From contig CALGPJ010000009.1 of the NCBI GenBank assembly GCA_937960645.1, positions 68,522 through 132,521 on the forward strand: a DNA stretch of 64,000 nucleotides, written 5' to 3'. Below the pieces are notes generated by a model that was not told the DNA's origin, ran no database searches, and saw only the letters and a list, made by a program, of their open reading frames with translations. This DNA is from an uncultured Spirochaetia bacterium (GTDB lineage Bacteria > Spirochaetota > Spirochaetia > JABEVK01). Both the position numbers and the translations under genes were made by a program. Each line of letters begins with the position of its first letter. Positions within the stretch are counted from its first letter, which is position 1. Below, piece by piece: positions 22,175-30,557 of the stretch.

Positions 22175-24321
22175 GTCGAAGGCCGGCGCCGCGGCGTGAG
22201 CCCCTCCTCCTGGCGTTCGGCCTGAAGTTTGCGCCACTCCTCCGCCTCTGTATGAAACACCAGCTGTGCCCGAACCGCTTTGTTGCCCTGGGGGGTCAGC
22301 CTTTCCCAACGGCCGCCGGGTTTAAGGACGTAGGCCTGAGTGTTGTCGGCGAACAGAACATCCAGTATGTGCTTCACCTGCTCGCGGTGTTCGTCCTGAA
22401 TCACGCGGAACATGAGCTCAACCCGCCGCTCCAGGTTACGGTACATCCAGTCGGCGCTGGCCAGATACAGCTCCTCCCGCTCTCCGGCAGCAAAGCTAAA
22501 AATCCGTGCGTGCTCCAAAAGCCGGTCCACGATGCTGATGACTCGAATCTGGGCCCTGGGAACATGACCCGGATTGAGCATGCAGATTCCCCGCACGTTC
22601 AGGTCGATGACAACACCCGCCTCGGCGGCCCGATAGATGGCCCGGATGATGTCTTCGTCGGCCAGAGCATTCATCTTGGCGCGCACACGGGCGGGCACGC
22701 CCGCTTTAGCCTCGTTGGTCAGCCACTCGAAAAGGCTGAGGAGCTTTTTCTTGAGGTGGTGCGGGGCCATGATGATATAGTGCGAATGCTGAACAGTCGA
22801 GTACCCCATGATGGCATTGAAGAATTGTGCTACCTCGTAGGTGTACTCGTTTTTTGTGGAAAGTATCCCCAGATCGGTGTAGAGCCTGCTGGTCTTGACG
22901 TGATAGTTTCCCGTCCCCAGGTGGACGTAACGTCGGATGCCGTCTTCCTCGCGTCGAACGATGAGCAGGGCCTTGGCGTGAACCTTGAGGTTGGCCACTC
23001 CATAGACCACAATACATCCGACACGCTCCAGGGTCTGCGCCCAGCCGAGATTCTGCTCCTCGTCGAAGCGCGCTTTGAGCTCCACCAGCACCAGAACCTG
23101 TTTGCCCGTTTCGGCGGCTCGGATCAGGGCCTCCACGATGGGGCTGTCCCCTCCCGTTCGGTAGAGCGTCATGCGGATGCTGAGCACGTTGGGATCCTCG
23201 GCGGCCTCCTTCAAAAGCCTGACAACCGGGGAAAACGAGTGGTACGGCGGAAACAGCAGGACATCGCGCTCGCGGATGGTCTGCCAGATATTTTGCTCGT
23301 CGGGAAGAGTCAGCACGGGCTCCCAGGGCTCCACACTCAGGTCCCGATCGAAGTTCTGCGTGGCGAGTCCGAAGTAATCTCTCAGGCTCAGGGGGCCGGG
23401 ACAGTCAAACACCACCTTGGGATCGATCTGAAGTTCGGTACAGAGCAGTTCCTTGAGCTGGGATGCCCCGCGGGCCCCGAGCTCCAGGCGAACCCGACGG
23501 GAATGGCGGCGGTTACGCAGGATCTTGTTCATCGCTTCGACAAAATCCTCTTCCTTTTCTTCATCCACGGGAATATCCGCATCTCGGGTCAGGCGGAAGG
23601 AAAGGTGCTCCAGGATATGGTAGCCCGAGAACAAACGCTCGGCGAAGAGCAGGATCACGTCCTCGATGCGTATAAAGTCGTGGGCTCCCTCAGCCGCTGG
23701 AAGTTCATAGAAGCGCCCCAGGTAGGAAGGTATCTCCAGGATGGCCAGCAGTGGGCTCTCCTGCGCAGCAGCGGCTTCGGGTTCGCCGACCGCTTGCGGC
23801 GATGGGGCGGGGGCCGAAAGAGTTTCCCCCTTCAATAGAAAGGCGAGATTGAGCCGGAGACCGGCGGTGAACGGAAAGGGGCGCTTGGGTTCCACCCTGA
23901 TGGGAGCCAACACGTTGAAGAGCTCCTCCTCGAAAAACTGCTCGAGCCGCGCGCGCTGTCCAACGCTGAGCTCATCCCGACCCAGAATGCGGATTCCCCT
24001 CTGCCGCAGCTTCGTCAGGATTTCGTCGTGAATGCGGTACTGATCCGCCACGAAGTCGCCGTAACGACGCAGGATCTCGGACAGCTGCTCGCTGGGCCTT
24101 TCCCGTGTTGGGCCGTAGGGCAGGTCTCCCGATCGGAAGGCCCGCCTCAAACCGGCGACCCGAACCATGAAAAATTCGTCGAAGTTGGACGCCGTGATCG
24201 CCAGGAATTTCAGTCTTTCCAGCAGGGGCAGGTCGGGACGTGCGGCCTCGTTGAGGACACGTCGGTTGAACTCGATCCAGCTCAGCTCCCTGTTCAAAAA
24301 CATGGAGGGTTGTTTGCTCAC
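22171..24321 (-). CDS. ppk: Polyphosphate kinase 1
   Basis: 716 aa; N-terminal FLNRELSWIEFNRRVL, PLD-like HKD motif regions; convergent 4-bp overlap with aroB-like gene. Confidence 0.9.
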   Translation of the reverse strand: MSKQPSMFLNRELSWIEFNRRVLNEAARPDLPLLERLKFLAITASNFDEFFMVRVAGLRRAFRSGDLPYGPTRERPSEQLSEILRRYGDFVADQYRIHDEILTKLRQRGIRILGRDELSVGQRARLEQFFEEELFNVLAPIRVEPKRPFPFTAGLRLNLAFLLKGETLSAPAPSPQAVGEPEAAAAQESPLLAILEIPSYLGRFYELPAAEGAHDFIRIEDVILLFAERLFSGYHILEHLSFRLTRDADIPVDEEKEEDFVEAMNKILRNRRHSRRVRLELGARGASQLKELLCTELQIDPKVVFDCPGPLSLRDYFGLATQNFDRDLSVEPWEPVLTLPDEQNIWQTIRERDVLLFPPYHSFSPVVRLLKEAAEDPNVLSIRMTLYRTGGDSPIVEALIRAAETGKQVLVLVELKARFDEEQNLGWAQTLERVGCIVVYGVANLKVHAKALLIVRREEDGIRRYVHLGTGNYHVKTSRLYTDLGILSTKNEYTYEVAQFFNAIMGYSTVQHSHYIIMAPHHLKKKLLSLFEWLTNEAKAGVPARVRAKMNALADEDIIRAIYRAAEAGVVIDLNVRGICMLNPGHVPRAQIRVISIVDRLLEHARIFSFAAGEREELYLASADWMYRNLERRVELMFRVIQDEHREQVKHILDVLFADNTQAYVLKPGGRWERLTPQGNKAVRAQLVFHTEAEEWRKLQAERQEEGLTPRRRPST

Positions 24322-25874
24322 ACCTTTTCTCCCTTTCGAATTTGAAGGATTCGAATCGAAAAACCGAACACGTCCTCGAAAAAGGAGCCTTTGTCCACGA
24401 GACTCAGCTTTTCGGCATCCAAATCCTGATCGCAGAAAACCTGCAATTCCATCACCTCGTCCTTGATAATCGCTTTGACATCGGTGACCTTTTGCGAATG
24501 CGAACGGTCCAGGGAATCGGCCACCCGCAACAGGGCCGCCATCTTCATCACCACAAGTCTGTCCTCCCGATTCAACGAGACGAAGCCCAGATGGGTGTTT
24601 TGCGGGGTCGATTTGCGGTGGTAGCGGACCACGTTACCGATGATTTTAAGATCGTGGGCATCGAGGCCGAAGAGCTCACTGTTCTCCACCAGATACTGGC
24701 CGTGCTTGTGGTGGGCGCTGGGCTTGACGAAGGTACCGATGTCGTGAAGCAGGGCCGCAATCTCCAGAAGCAGCCGATGCCGAAAGCCCATCCGGTGTTC
24801 TGAGGCCAATTGATCGAAGAGCTCGACGCTCAGGCGCGCCACCAGCTTCGCGTGTTCGGCGTCGAAGTGGTACTTCTTTCCCAGCGCCAGGGCACTGTTG
24901 CGTACCTGGTTCCAGAAGCGGGACTGCACCTCCGGGTCGACCCCGGGGCGTGCCTCCATCAGGATGCCCTCCGAGATGCCGACCCTGGGCACCAGGATGC
25001 TCTCGCAATCGATGTCTTTCAAAAGGTAACGGTAGGCCAGCAGGGCCGTCCCCATTCCGTCAGCGGCTGCGGCGGCAATCCCATATCGGTTGACGATGTC
25101 CTCGGGCGGCATCAGGTAAAGCTCCTCGGCCAGGGCGTTCCACCGCCGGTGCTCCACCTCCAAAAGCCGCGCACTCACCCCCTTGCCGACCATCTCCGCG
25201 GCGATGCGGGCGTAGTTTCCCAAAAGGAAGACCCGGTTGACGCTCCCGTGCCGGCAGTCCTCGTGAATCAGGTCGTGCAGGGAGGAGAGGCTCTGTTCGA
25301 GTTCGTGGGACTTGACCTCGACGTAGCCCTTCTTCTGCCGGTAAAGCTCCTGAAAGCGAATCGCACCGAAACTCAGGCTGTGCACGGCCCCGATGATACC
25401 TTTTTTCAGGACGATGACCTCGGTGGAGCCGCCGCTCACCTCCATGATGAGGGTGTTGCCCCTGGAAAGCAGTCCCACCTCTTTTTCCAAAGCGTAGAGC
25501 ACCGCCATGTAGCTCAGGCGGTTTTCCTCCAGACCATCGATGATGCGAATCGGAAATCCCGTGCGGATTTCCATCCGGTCCACGAAGTTCTCCCGGTTCA
25601 GGGCCTCCCGAACCGCGGCGGTCCCCACGGCCTGCACCTGGGACGGCTCGATGCCGTAACCTTTCAATAGCTCCCGGTAGAGTTTCAGGATCTCCATGGC
25701 CCGAGCCATGGTCTTGTTGGAGATCATCCCCGTGGTGAACACGTCCTTGCCCATGGGCAGGTAGTGGATGGCCTGATCGATGACCTGGGGAGCTCCGTTG
25801 GCGGTAAACTCGCCGATGATCATGCGGATACTGGAAGACCCACAGTTGATGACAGCCTTGAGACGGTTGCTCAT
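24318..25874 (-). CDS. ppx: Ppx/GppA-family exopolyphosphatase with C-terminal HD domain
   Basis: Start ATG at 25874 (MSNRLKAVINCGSSSIR). Ppx/GppA actin-like fold motifs and HD motif LLHDIGTFVKPSAHHKHG. Confidence 0.8.
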   Translation of the reverse strand: MSNRLKAVINCGSSSIRMIIGEFTANGAPQVIDQAIHYLPMGKDVFTTGMISNKTMARAMEILKLYRELLKGYGIEPSQVQAVGTAAVREALNRENFVDRMEIRTGFPIRIIDGLEENRLSYMAVLYALEKEVGLLSRGNTLIMEVSGGSTEVIVLKKGIIGAVHSLSFGAIRFQELYRQKKGYVEVKSHELEQSLSSLHDLIHEDCRHGSVNRVFLLGNYARIAAEMVGKGVSARLLEVEHRRWNALAEELYLMPPEDIVNRYGIAAAAADGMGTALLAYRYLLKDIDCESILVPRVGISEGILMEARPGVDPEVQSRFWNQVRNSALALGKKYHFDAEHAKLVARLSVELFDQLASEHRMGFRHRLLLEIAALLHDIGTFVKPSAHHKHGQYLVENSELFGLDAHDLKIIGNVVRYHRKSTPQNTHLGFVSLNREDRLVVMKMAALLRVADSLDRSHSQKVTDVKAIIKDEVMELQVFCDQDLDAEKLSLVDKGSFFEDVFGFSIRILQIRKGEKV

Positions 25875-26824
25875 GGCCCCTCTCGGCTCAAGAGGGCCGC
25901 CCCCACGATGGCCGCATCGTCCCCCAAGCGGGCGGCGACGACCTTGACGTTGGACCCGATGACGGGCATGGCGTGGCTTTTCATCGAGGCTTCCACTTTT
26001 CTGACGTAATAATCCCCGAGCTTTTCTACCAGGCCGCCGCCCAACACCACGACCTGCGGGTCCAGGATGTTGATCATGCTGGCGATACCCAGCCCCATCC
26101 ACTCGATAGCCCGATCGATGATGCCCATCACGTCGGGCTGCTTCATCCTGAGTGCCTGGGCGAAGAACTTGCTGGAGATGTTGCGAAAGTCGGTGCCATA
26201 CTCGGCCAATTCGGGGGGGAGGCGGCCGGTGCTGATGAGGAAGGCAGCATCTTTTGCCATGGCGGTGCGGCTGGCCAGAGCCTCCAGATGCCCCAGCTCC
26301 CCGCAACCACAGAGGGGCCCCTCCCGCTGCAGGGTGATGTGCCCCACCTCGCCCGCGTTGCCGCTGGCGCCGCGGTACAGCTTACCGCCGATGACGATGC
26401 CGCCGCCGATCCCGGTTCCGGGAAAAACGCCGAGGACATTTTGGTACTCCCTCAGGTTGGTGGCGTATTCCCCCCAGAGTCCGGCGTTGACGTCATTTTC
26501 CAAAAGGATGGGGAAGGAAAATTTTTTCTGAAGCTTTTCGACAAGAGGAAACTGCTGAAACCCGAGGTTGGGACTCATCACCACTCGGCCGCGCTTTCGG
26601 TCCAGGATGCCGGGGACGGCGATGCCCGCGCCTCGAACCTGAGAAGACTCGATGCTCGCCTTGCTCAAAAGACTCGAAATCATCTCGATCATCTTGCTAA
26701 CGACGAGGTCTGCTTGAGTGATTTTCCCGACCTTTTCCCGAACCTGATGGATCAACTTGCCCTTCTCGTCCAAAAGTCCGGCCGCCATCTTGGTTCCCCC
26801 CAAGTCGAATCCCAAATCGACCAT
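25871..26824 (-). CDS. glk: ROK-family sugar kinase (glucokinase; candidate polyphosphate-glucokinase)
   Basis: Start ATG at 26824 with GAGGGGGG SD (MVDLGFDLGGTK). ROK motifs GEVGHITLQREGPLCGCGELGHLEA. Confidence 0.8.
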   Translation of the reverse strand: MVDLGFDLGGTKMAAGLLDEKGKLIHQVREKVGKITQADLVVSKMIEMISSLLSKASIESSQVRGAGIAVPGILDRKRGRVVMSPNLGFQQFPLVEKLQKKFSFPILLENDVNAGLWGEYATNLREYQNVLGVFPGTGIGGGIVIGGKLYRGASGNAGEVGHITLQREGPLCGCGELGHLEALASRTAMAKDAAFLISTGRLPPELAEYGTDFRNISSKFFAQALRMKQPDVMGIIDRAIEWMGLGIASMINILDPQVVVLGGGLVEKLGDYYVRKVEASMKSHAMPVIGSNVKVVAARLGDDAAIVGAALLSREGP

Positions 26825-26923
26825 GCCACGTCCCCCCTCTGGTGTACTCTTGTCCCAGAATAACATATTTCGGCGCTTTGGTTCAGGCTTGGATTTTTTC
26901 CCTTCGATGATTAGGATGGGGCG

Positions 26924-27919
26924 ATGATCGCTTTTCAGATCGAAACCATCGACCTCGCCGAACTGGACGACACCGAGGAGCTCCTCCAAACCAGCCTCTG
27001 GGGGCGGTTCAAGGAAGCAACTGGCGGGTGGCGGCCGCTGTCTTTTCGCTTCAAGACCGGGCCGGACTCTCCCCGGCTGAAGTTTCTGGTTTTGACGCGA
27101 GCGGTAGCCGGCCCCTTCGTCCTGGCCTACGTGCCCTTTGGACCCGTCGGTCTTCCTGAAGCAAACCTTGGTCCCCTGGTTCGAGAGCTCACCCGTCAAC
27201 TGCGGCCCCATTTGCCGGGCCCCCTCCTCGCCGTGCGGTGGGACCTGCCCACCCCTGTCCCGGCACCCCTGACCTCCCTGCACCCGCTTCGGCGCGGCAA
27301 ACAGGTTCAGGTGCCCGACACCGTGCTCATTGACCTGACCAAGACAGAGGACAAGCTACTGGCGGAAATGGACCGGGGCCACCGTTACAACGTGGGCTAC
27401 GCCGAGCGCAAAGGCGTCGAGGTGAGCGACCACGGATCGGAAGCGGTAGCCCGATGGTACGAAATCTTTCAGGCCACCATCCAACGCGACGACTTCTCCG
27501 GACACCCGCAGTCTTATTACCAGACCTTTGTCGAGATGATGGAGCGGTACCGTGGAACCGGTCACCTCAGAGCGCGCGTGTTTTTGGCTTCCCACGAAGG
27601 TGACACCCTGGCCGGCTGCATCATCAGCCTGGTCAACGGCCGGGCCACCTACCTGTACAGCGCCAGCTCGGACCTCAAGCGCAACCTCAAGCCCGTCTAC
27701 CTCATGCTCTGGCGCGTGATGCAATGGGCCAAAGCCCAGGGCGCCCACACCCTGGACATGTGCGGCATTCCCCCCGATGCCAATCCCAAACACCCGCTCG
27801 CCGGCCTATACGACTTCAAGCGCTACTTTGGTGGGAACATCATCCACCGGGCAGGCTCCTGGGATGCGCCCTGCCATTTTCTCTACCCCCTGTTTCGCCT
27901 GGCGGAGCGCATGCGTTAG
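26924..27919 (+). CDS. FemAB-family (lipid II aminoacyl-transferase-like) protein
   Basis: 331 aa; overall resemblance to FemABX family (GNAT-like duplicated fold, KPVYLMLWRVMQWAKAQGAHTLDMCGI). Confidence 0.45.
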   Translation: MIAFQIETIDLAELDDTEELLQTSLWGRFKEATGGWRPLSFRFKTGPDSPRLKFLVLTRAVAGPFVLAYVPFGPVGLPEANLGPLVRELTRQLRPHLPGPLLAVRWDLPTPVPAPLTSLHPLRRGKQVQVPDTVLIDLTKTEDKLLAEMDRGHRYNVGYAERKGVEVSDHGSEAVARWYEIFQATIQRDDFSGHPQSYYQTFVEMMERYRGTGHLRARVFLASHEGDTLAGCIISLVNGRATYLYSASSDLKRNLKPVYLMLWRVMQWAKAQGAHTLDMCGIPPDANPKHPLAGLYDFKRYFGGNIIHRAGSWDAPCHFLYPLFRLAERMR

Positions 27920-29643
27920 GGATTTTCATATGGTATCACCACGGTTTGCCCGCCGCTCTGCTCGATCACTTTCTGAACCCAGACTGTCTCCGCAGCCTGC
28001 CGCGACCGCAGGATCGCATCCTGTGTGGGGATCGGGTAGAGGCATTTGTTGACAACCCACCAACGAGCAGGGATGCCGGCACGATCCAGATCGGCTCGAA
28101 GCCTGCTCGCTTCGAACACGGGGGTCGGTTCGGGAAGCGTGACGATGATGACTTCGGTGATACTCGAATCGCGCAGCTGCGGCAGGAGCCGACGCACGGA
28201 CTCGGGCACCTCCGCGCTCGAACCGGCGATCTGCCGCTGGTGGCTCAGGGTCGTGTCGAGCAAAAGAAGGGTGTGACCCGTGGGCGCGGTATCGATCACC
28301 ACCACCTTATCCCGCGAACGATGCACGACCTCCGCGAAGGCGCGAAAGACGGCAATTTCCTGAATGCAGGGGGAGCGCAGGTCTTCCTCGACCACGGATA
28401 GGTCGGTTGCACCCATCTCCCGGGCCCGTGCGAGTACCTCCTCTCGGTAACGCTCGAGCTCGGCCTGCTCGTCGATCGGAAAGACTTCTACCCCCGTGGT
28501 CTCACCGATAAAATGTTCGAGGTGGTTTGCTGGATCGGTGGTTGTCAGAAGAACCGGAAGGCCGCGCCGCCTGAGCCCCTGCGCCAGGGCGACGGCCAGG
28601 GTGGTCTTGCCCACCCCGCCCTTCCCCATGGTGAAAACGATTCTTTTGCCGGTTTGGACCAGATCGTCCAGAAGCGCCTCCCAGGACTGAGCGTGGGGCG
28701 GGAAGGGGAGATTCGCCGGGCTGGCTCCTCCGTTCGATTGAAACAGGCCTCGAAGGTGGTCCAGCCCCACAAGGTTGAACGCTTTCAGGGGTAGACCGTA
28801 GACCCGCCTTTCCTCCAGGGCCGCGGCGTATTTTCGAAGAGCGCTTTGCTGCCTTTCGTACAACGCGTGGGCCAGGGGATCGGAACTTTCATTCAATAGC
28901 CCGTTGAGAACAAAGACCTGGTTTCGGATACCCAGTTCGGCCAGCTCCCCACCCGACCGAAGCGCCTCGGCCAGGGCCACTTCTTCCGGGCGGGAGACGA
29001 GAACAAGGGTTGTCAGCGCAGGGTCTCCCAGGTTGGTGAGAGCGTTGCGGTACATGTCGTGCCGTTGTTGCAATCCGGACAAGGGTCCCAGGCACGAGGC
29101 GCCGTGGGTGTTGCTTTCCAGGAAACTGCTCCAGGCCGCAGGAAGCTGCAGGAGTCTGAGGGTGTGGCCGGTCGGTGCGGTATCGAAGATGAGGTGATCG
29201 TAGTGGGAAATCATCTCGGTCTCGGCGAGATAGCGGGTAAACCGGTCGAAGGCCGCAACCTCCAGGGTGCAGGAACCGGAAAGCTGCTCTTCCATGTTGG
29301 CCAGCACCGATTCCGGAAGCAGACCGACATACGGGGCCAGAGCTGCCTTCCTGTACTCGGTGGCCGCTGCTTCCGGGTCGATGTTCACCACCTCGAGGTT
29401 CGGCGCCTCGGGGATGGGAGATGGGGTGGTGCCGACCTCCCGTCCGAACACGTCCTGAAGGTTGGACGCGGGATCGGTGCTGATCAGGAGCACCCGCCGG
29501 CCAGATTCTGCCAGGCTGACCGAAACGGCACAGGCCAGCGAGGTCTTCCCGACCCCACCCTTGCCGGTGAAAAACACGAACCGGCCGGAAGAGAAGAGGT
29601 TGGGACTCAGAGTAGCGATGGGTTGGGACCTGTTCAACAACAT
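27916..29643 (-). CDS. arsA: Arsenite-stimulated ATPase ArsA (two tandem P-loop halves)
   Basis: Two FTGKGGVGKT/MGKGGVGKT P-loops and two DTAPTGHTL(R/L)LL signature motifs. ATG at 29643 overlaps arsD stop (ATGTTGTTGA). Confidence 0.85.
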   Translation of the reverse strand: MLLNRSQPIATLSPNLFSSGRFVFFTGKGGVGKTSLACAVSVSLAESGRRVLLISTDPASNLQDVFGREVGTTPSPIPEAPNLEVVNIDPEAAATEYRKAALAPYVGLLPESVLANMEEQLSGSCTLEVAAFDRFTRYLAETEMISHYDHLIFDTAPTGHTLRLLQLPAAWSSFLESNTHGASCLGPLSGLQQRHDMYRNALTNLGDPALTTLVLVSRPEEVALAEALRSGGELAELGIRNQVFVLNGLLNESSDPLAHALYERQQSALRKYAAALEERRVYGLPLKAFNLVGLDHLRGLFQSNGGASPANLPFPPHAQSWEALLDDLVQTGKRIVFTMGKGGVGKTTLAVALAQGLRRRGLPVLLTTTDPANHLEHFIGETTGVEVFPIDEQAELERYREEVLARAREMGATDLSVVEEDLRSPCIQEIAVFRAFAEVVHRSRDKVVVIDTAPTGHTLLLLDTTLSHQRQIAGSSAEVPESVRRLLPQLRDSSITEVIIVTLPEPTPVFEASRLRADLDRAGIPARWWVVNKCLYPIPTQDAILRSRQAAETVWVQKVIEQSGGQTVVIPYENP

Positions 29644-30089
29644 CCGGGAGCCGTACATCCACTCGCGCTTTTGCTGCCAGGTTTGCATCGAAGATCGCAG
29701 GAGTTCTTGTCGGAACAACACACCTCCTCGGCAGCCGATGGATTGGAACCTTTGAACAGGGTAAATCCCGAAGCGGGTTCCCTGAGGGGCAGCCCAGACC
29801 ACCGGGCGATCTCCTCCGGTGAGGGATAGGCCCCCTTCTTGACCAGGACCCCATCGACCAGGGTGAGGGGCAGGGAATTCACCCCTTCCGATTGTAGCCT
29901 TTCCGCAACGGCGGGTTCCACCATGAACTCCTTGGGGTGGGCACTCAGATTGTAGCGCCGCACCTCGATGCCATGACGCGCCATCTCGTCCAGGGCCAAA
30001 GAGATTTTCAACAGCTGCGGATCGATGCTGGGTCCGCACAATCCAGTGGAGCAGCACATGGCCGGCTCGTACAATACAAGGGTTTTCAT
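29634..30089 (-). CDS. arsD: Arsenical resistance metallochaperone/repressor ArsD
   Basis: MKTLVLYEPAMCCSTGLCGPSID (Cys12/13/18 site) and Cys-rich C-terminal tail; AAGGAG SD before ATG at 30089. Confidence 0.8.
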   Translation of the reverse strand: MKTLVLYEPAMCCSTGLCGPSIDPQLLKISLALDEMARHGIEVRRYNLSAHPKEFMVEPAVAERLQSEGVNSLPLTLVDGVLVKKGAYPSPEEIARWSGLPLREPASGFTLFKGSNPSAAEEVCCSDKNSCDLRCKPGSKSASGCTAPGCC

Positions 30090-30448
30090 GATGGACACTC
30101 CTTTGGTGAGCACACGGGGGATACATTCTGGCACTCGCATTCCACACCTGGTTGAGTCACGGACTCCAGGCTGCGAACAAGGTTGTGTAAGGCAGAGGTT
30201 TGCAGGCGGTAGCGCATCCACTTTCCGCAGCGCGTGGCCTGAACCCATCCCTCTTCGCTGAGCACTTTCAGGTGGTGAGACAGAGTGGGCTGCGAGATCG
30301 GCAGGTATTCCAGGAGGTCGCAGGCACACAGGTCGCCGCAGGCCAAAAGGTGCACGATACGCAGACGCTGCTCATCGGCCAGAACCCGAAGCGCGGCAGC
30401 GAGCTGTCCCGGATCAGGAATACGCTGACTCGGAGTAACAAGTTTCAT
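30086..30448 (-). CDS. arsR: ArsR-family metalloregulatory repressor
   Basis: Start ATG at 30448 (MKLVTPSQ...). Metal-site CGDLCACDL (ELCVCDL-type) in HTH. Confidence 0.8.
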   Translation of the reverse strand: MKLVTPSQRIPDPGQLAAALRVLADEQRLRIVHLLACGDLCACDLLEYLPISQPTLSHHLKVLSEEGWVQATRCGKWMRYRLQTSALHNLVRSLESVTQPGVECECQNVSPVCSPKECPS

Positions 30449-30464
30449 AGCTTGAAAATAGTGC

Positions 30465-30488
30465 ACATATTGATGTTTGTCAATATGT
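30465..30488. promoter_or_regulatory. Perfect 9-6-9 inverted repeat ACATATTGA-N6-TCAATATGT, candidate ArsR operator in AT-rich promoter
   Basis: Seen directly 17-40 bp upstream of the arsR start codon on the minus strand. Confidence 0.5.
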
Positions 30489-30557
30489 ATCATGTTGCAT
30501 GATGTGCGTTCCGCGGGCGATCCTGGTCCCCTTCCCTGTCGCTAAGGGGCCCGGTTG

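Noticed and set aside
22252-23838. 528-aa plus-strand ORF
   Set aside because: Antisense to ppk1, which has clear motifs.
24810-26863. 286-aa and 296-aa plus-strand ORFs
   Set aside because: Antisense to ppx and glk, which have clear motifs.
30521-30553. Imperfect hairpin GGTCCCCTT...AAGGGGCCC just after the MCP stop
   Set aside because: No T-run on the minus strand after the stem, so it is not a convincing intrinsic terminator; left unannotated.
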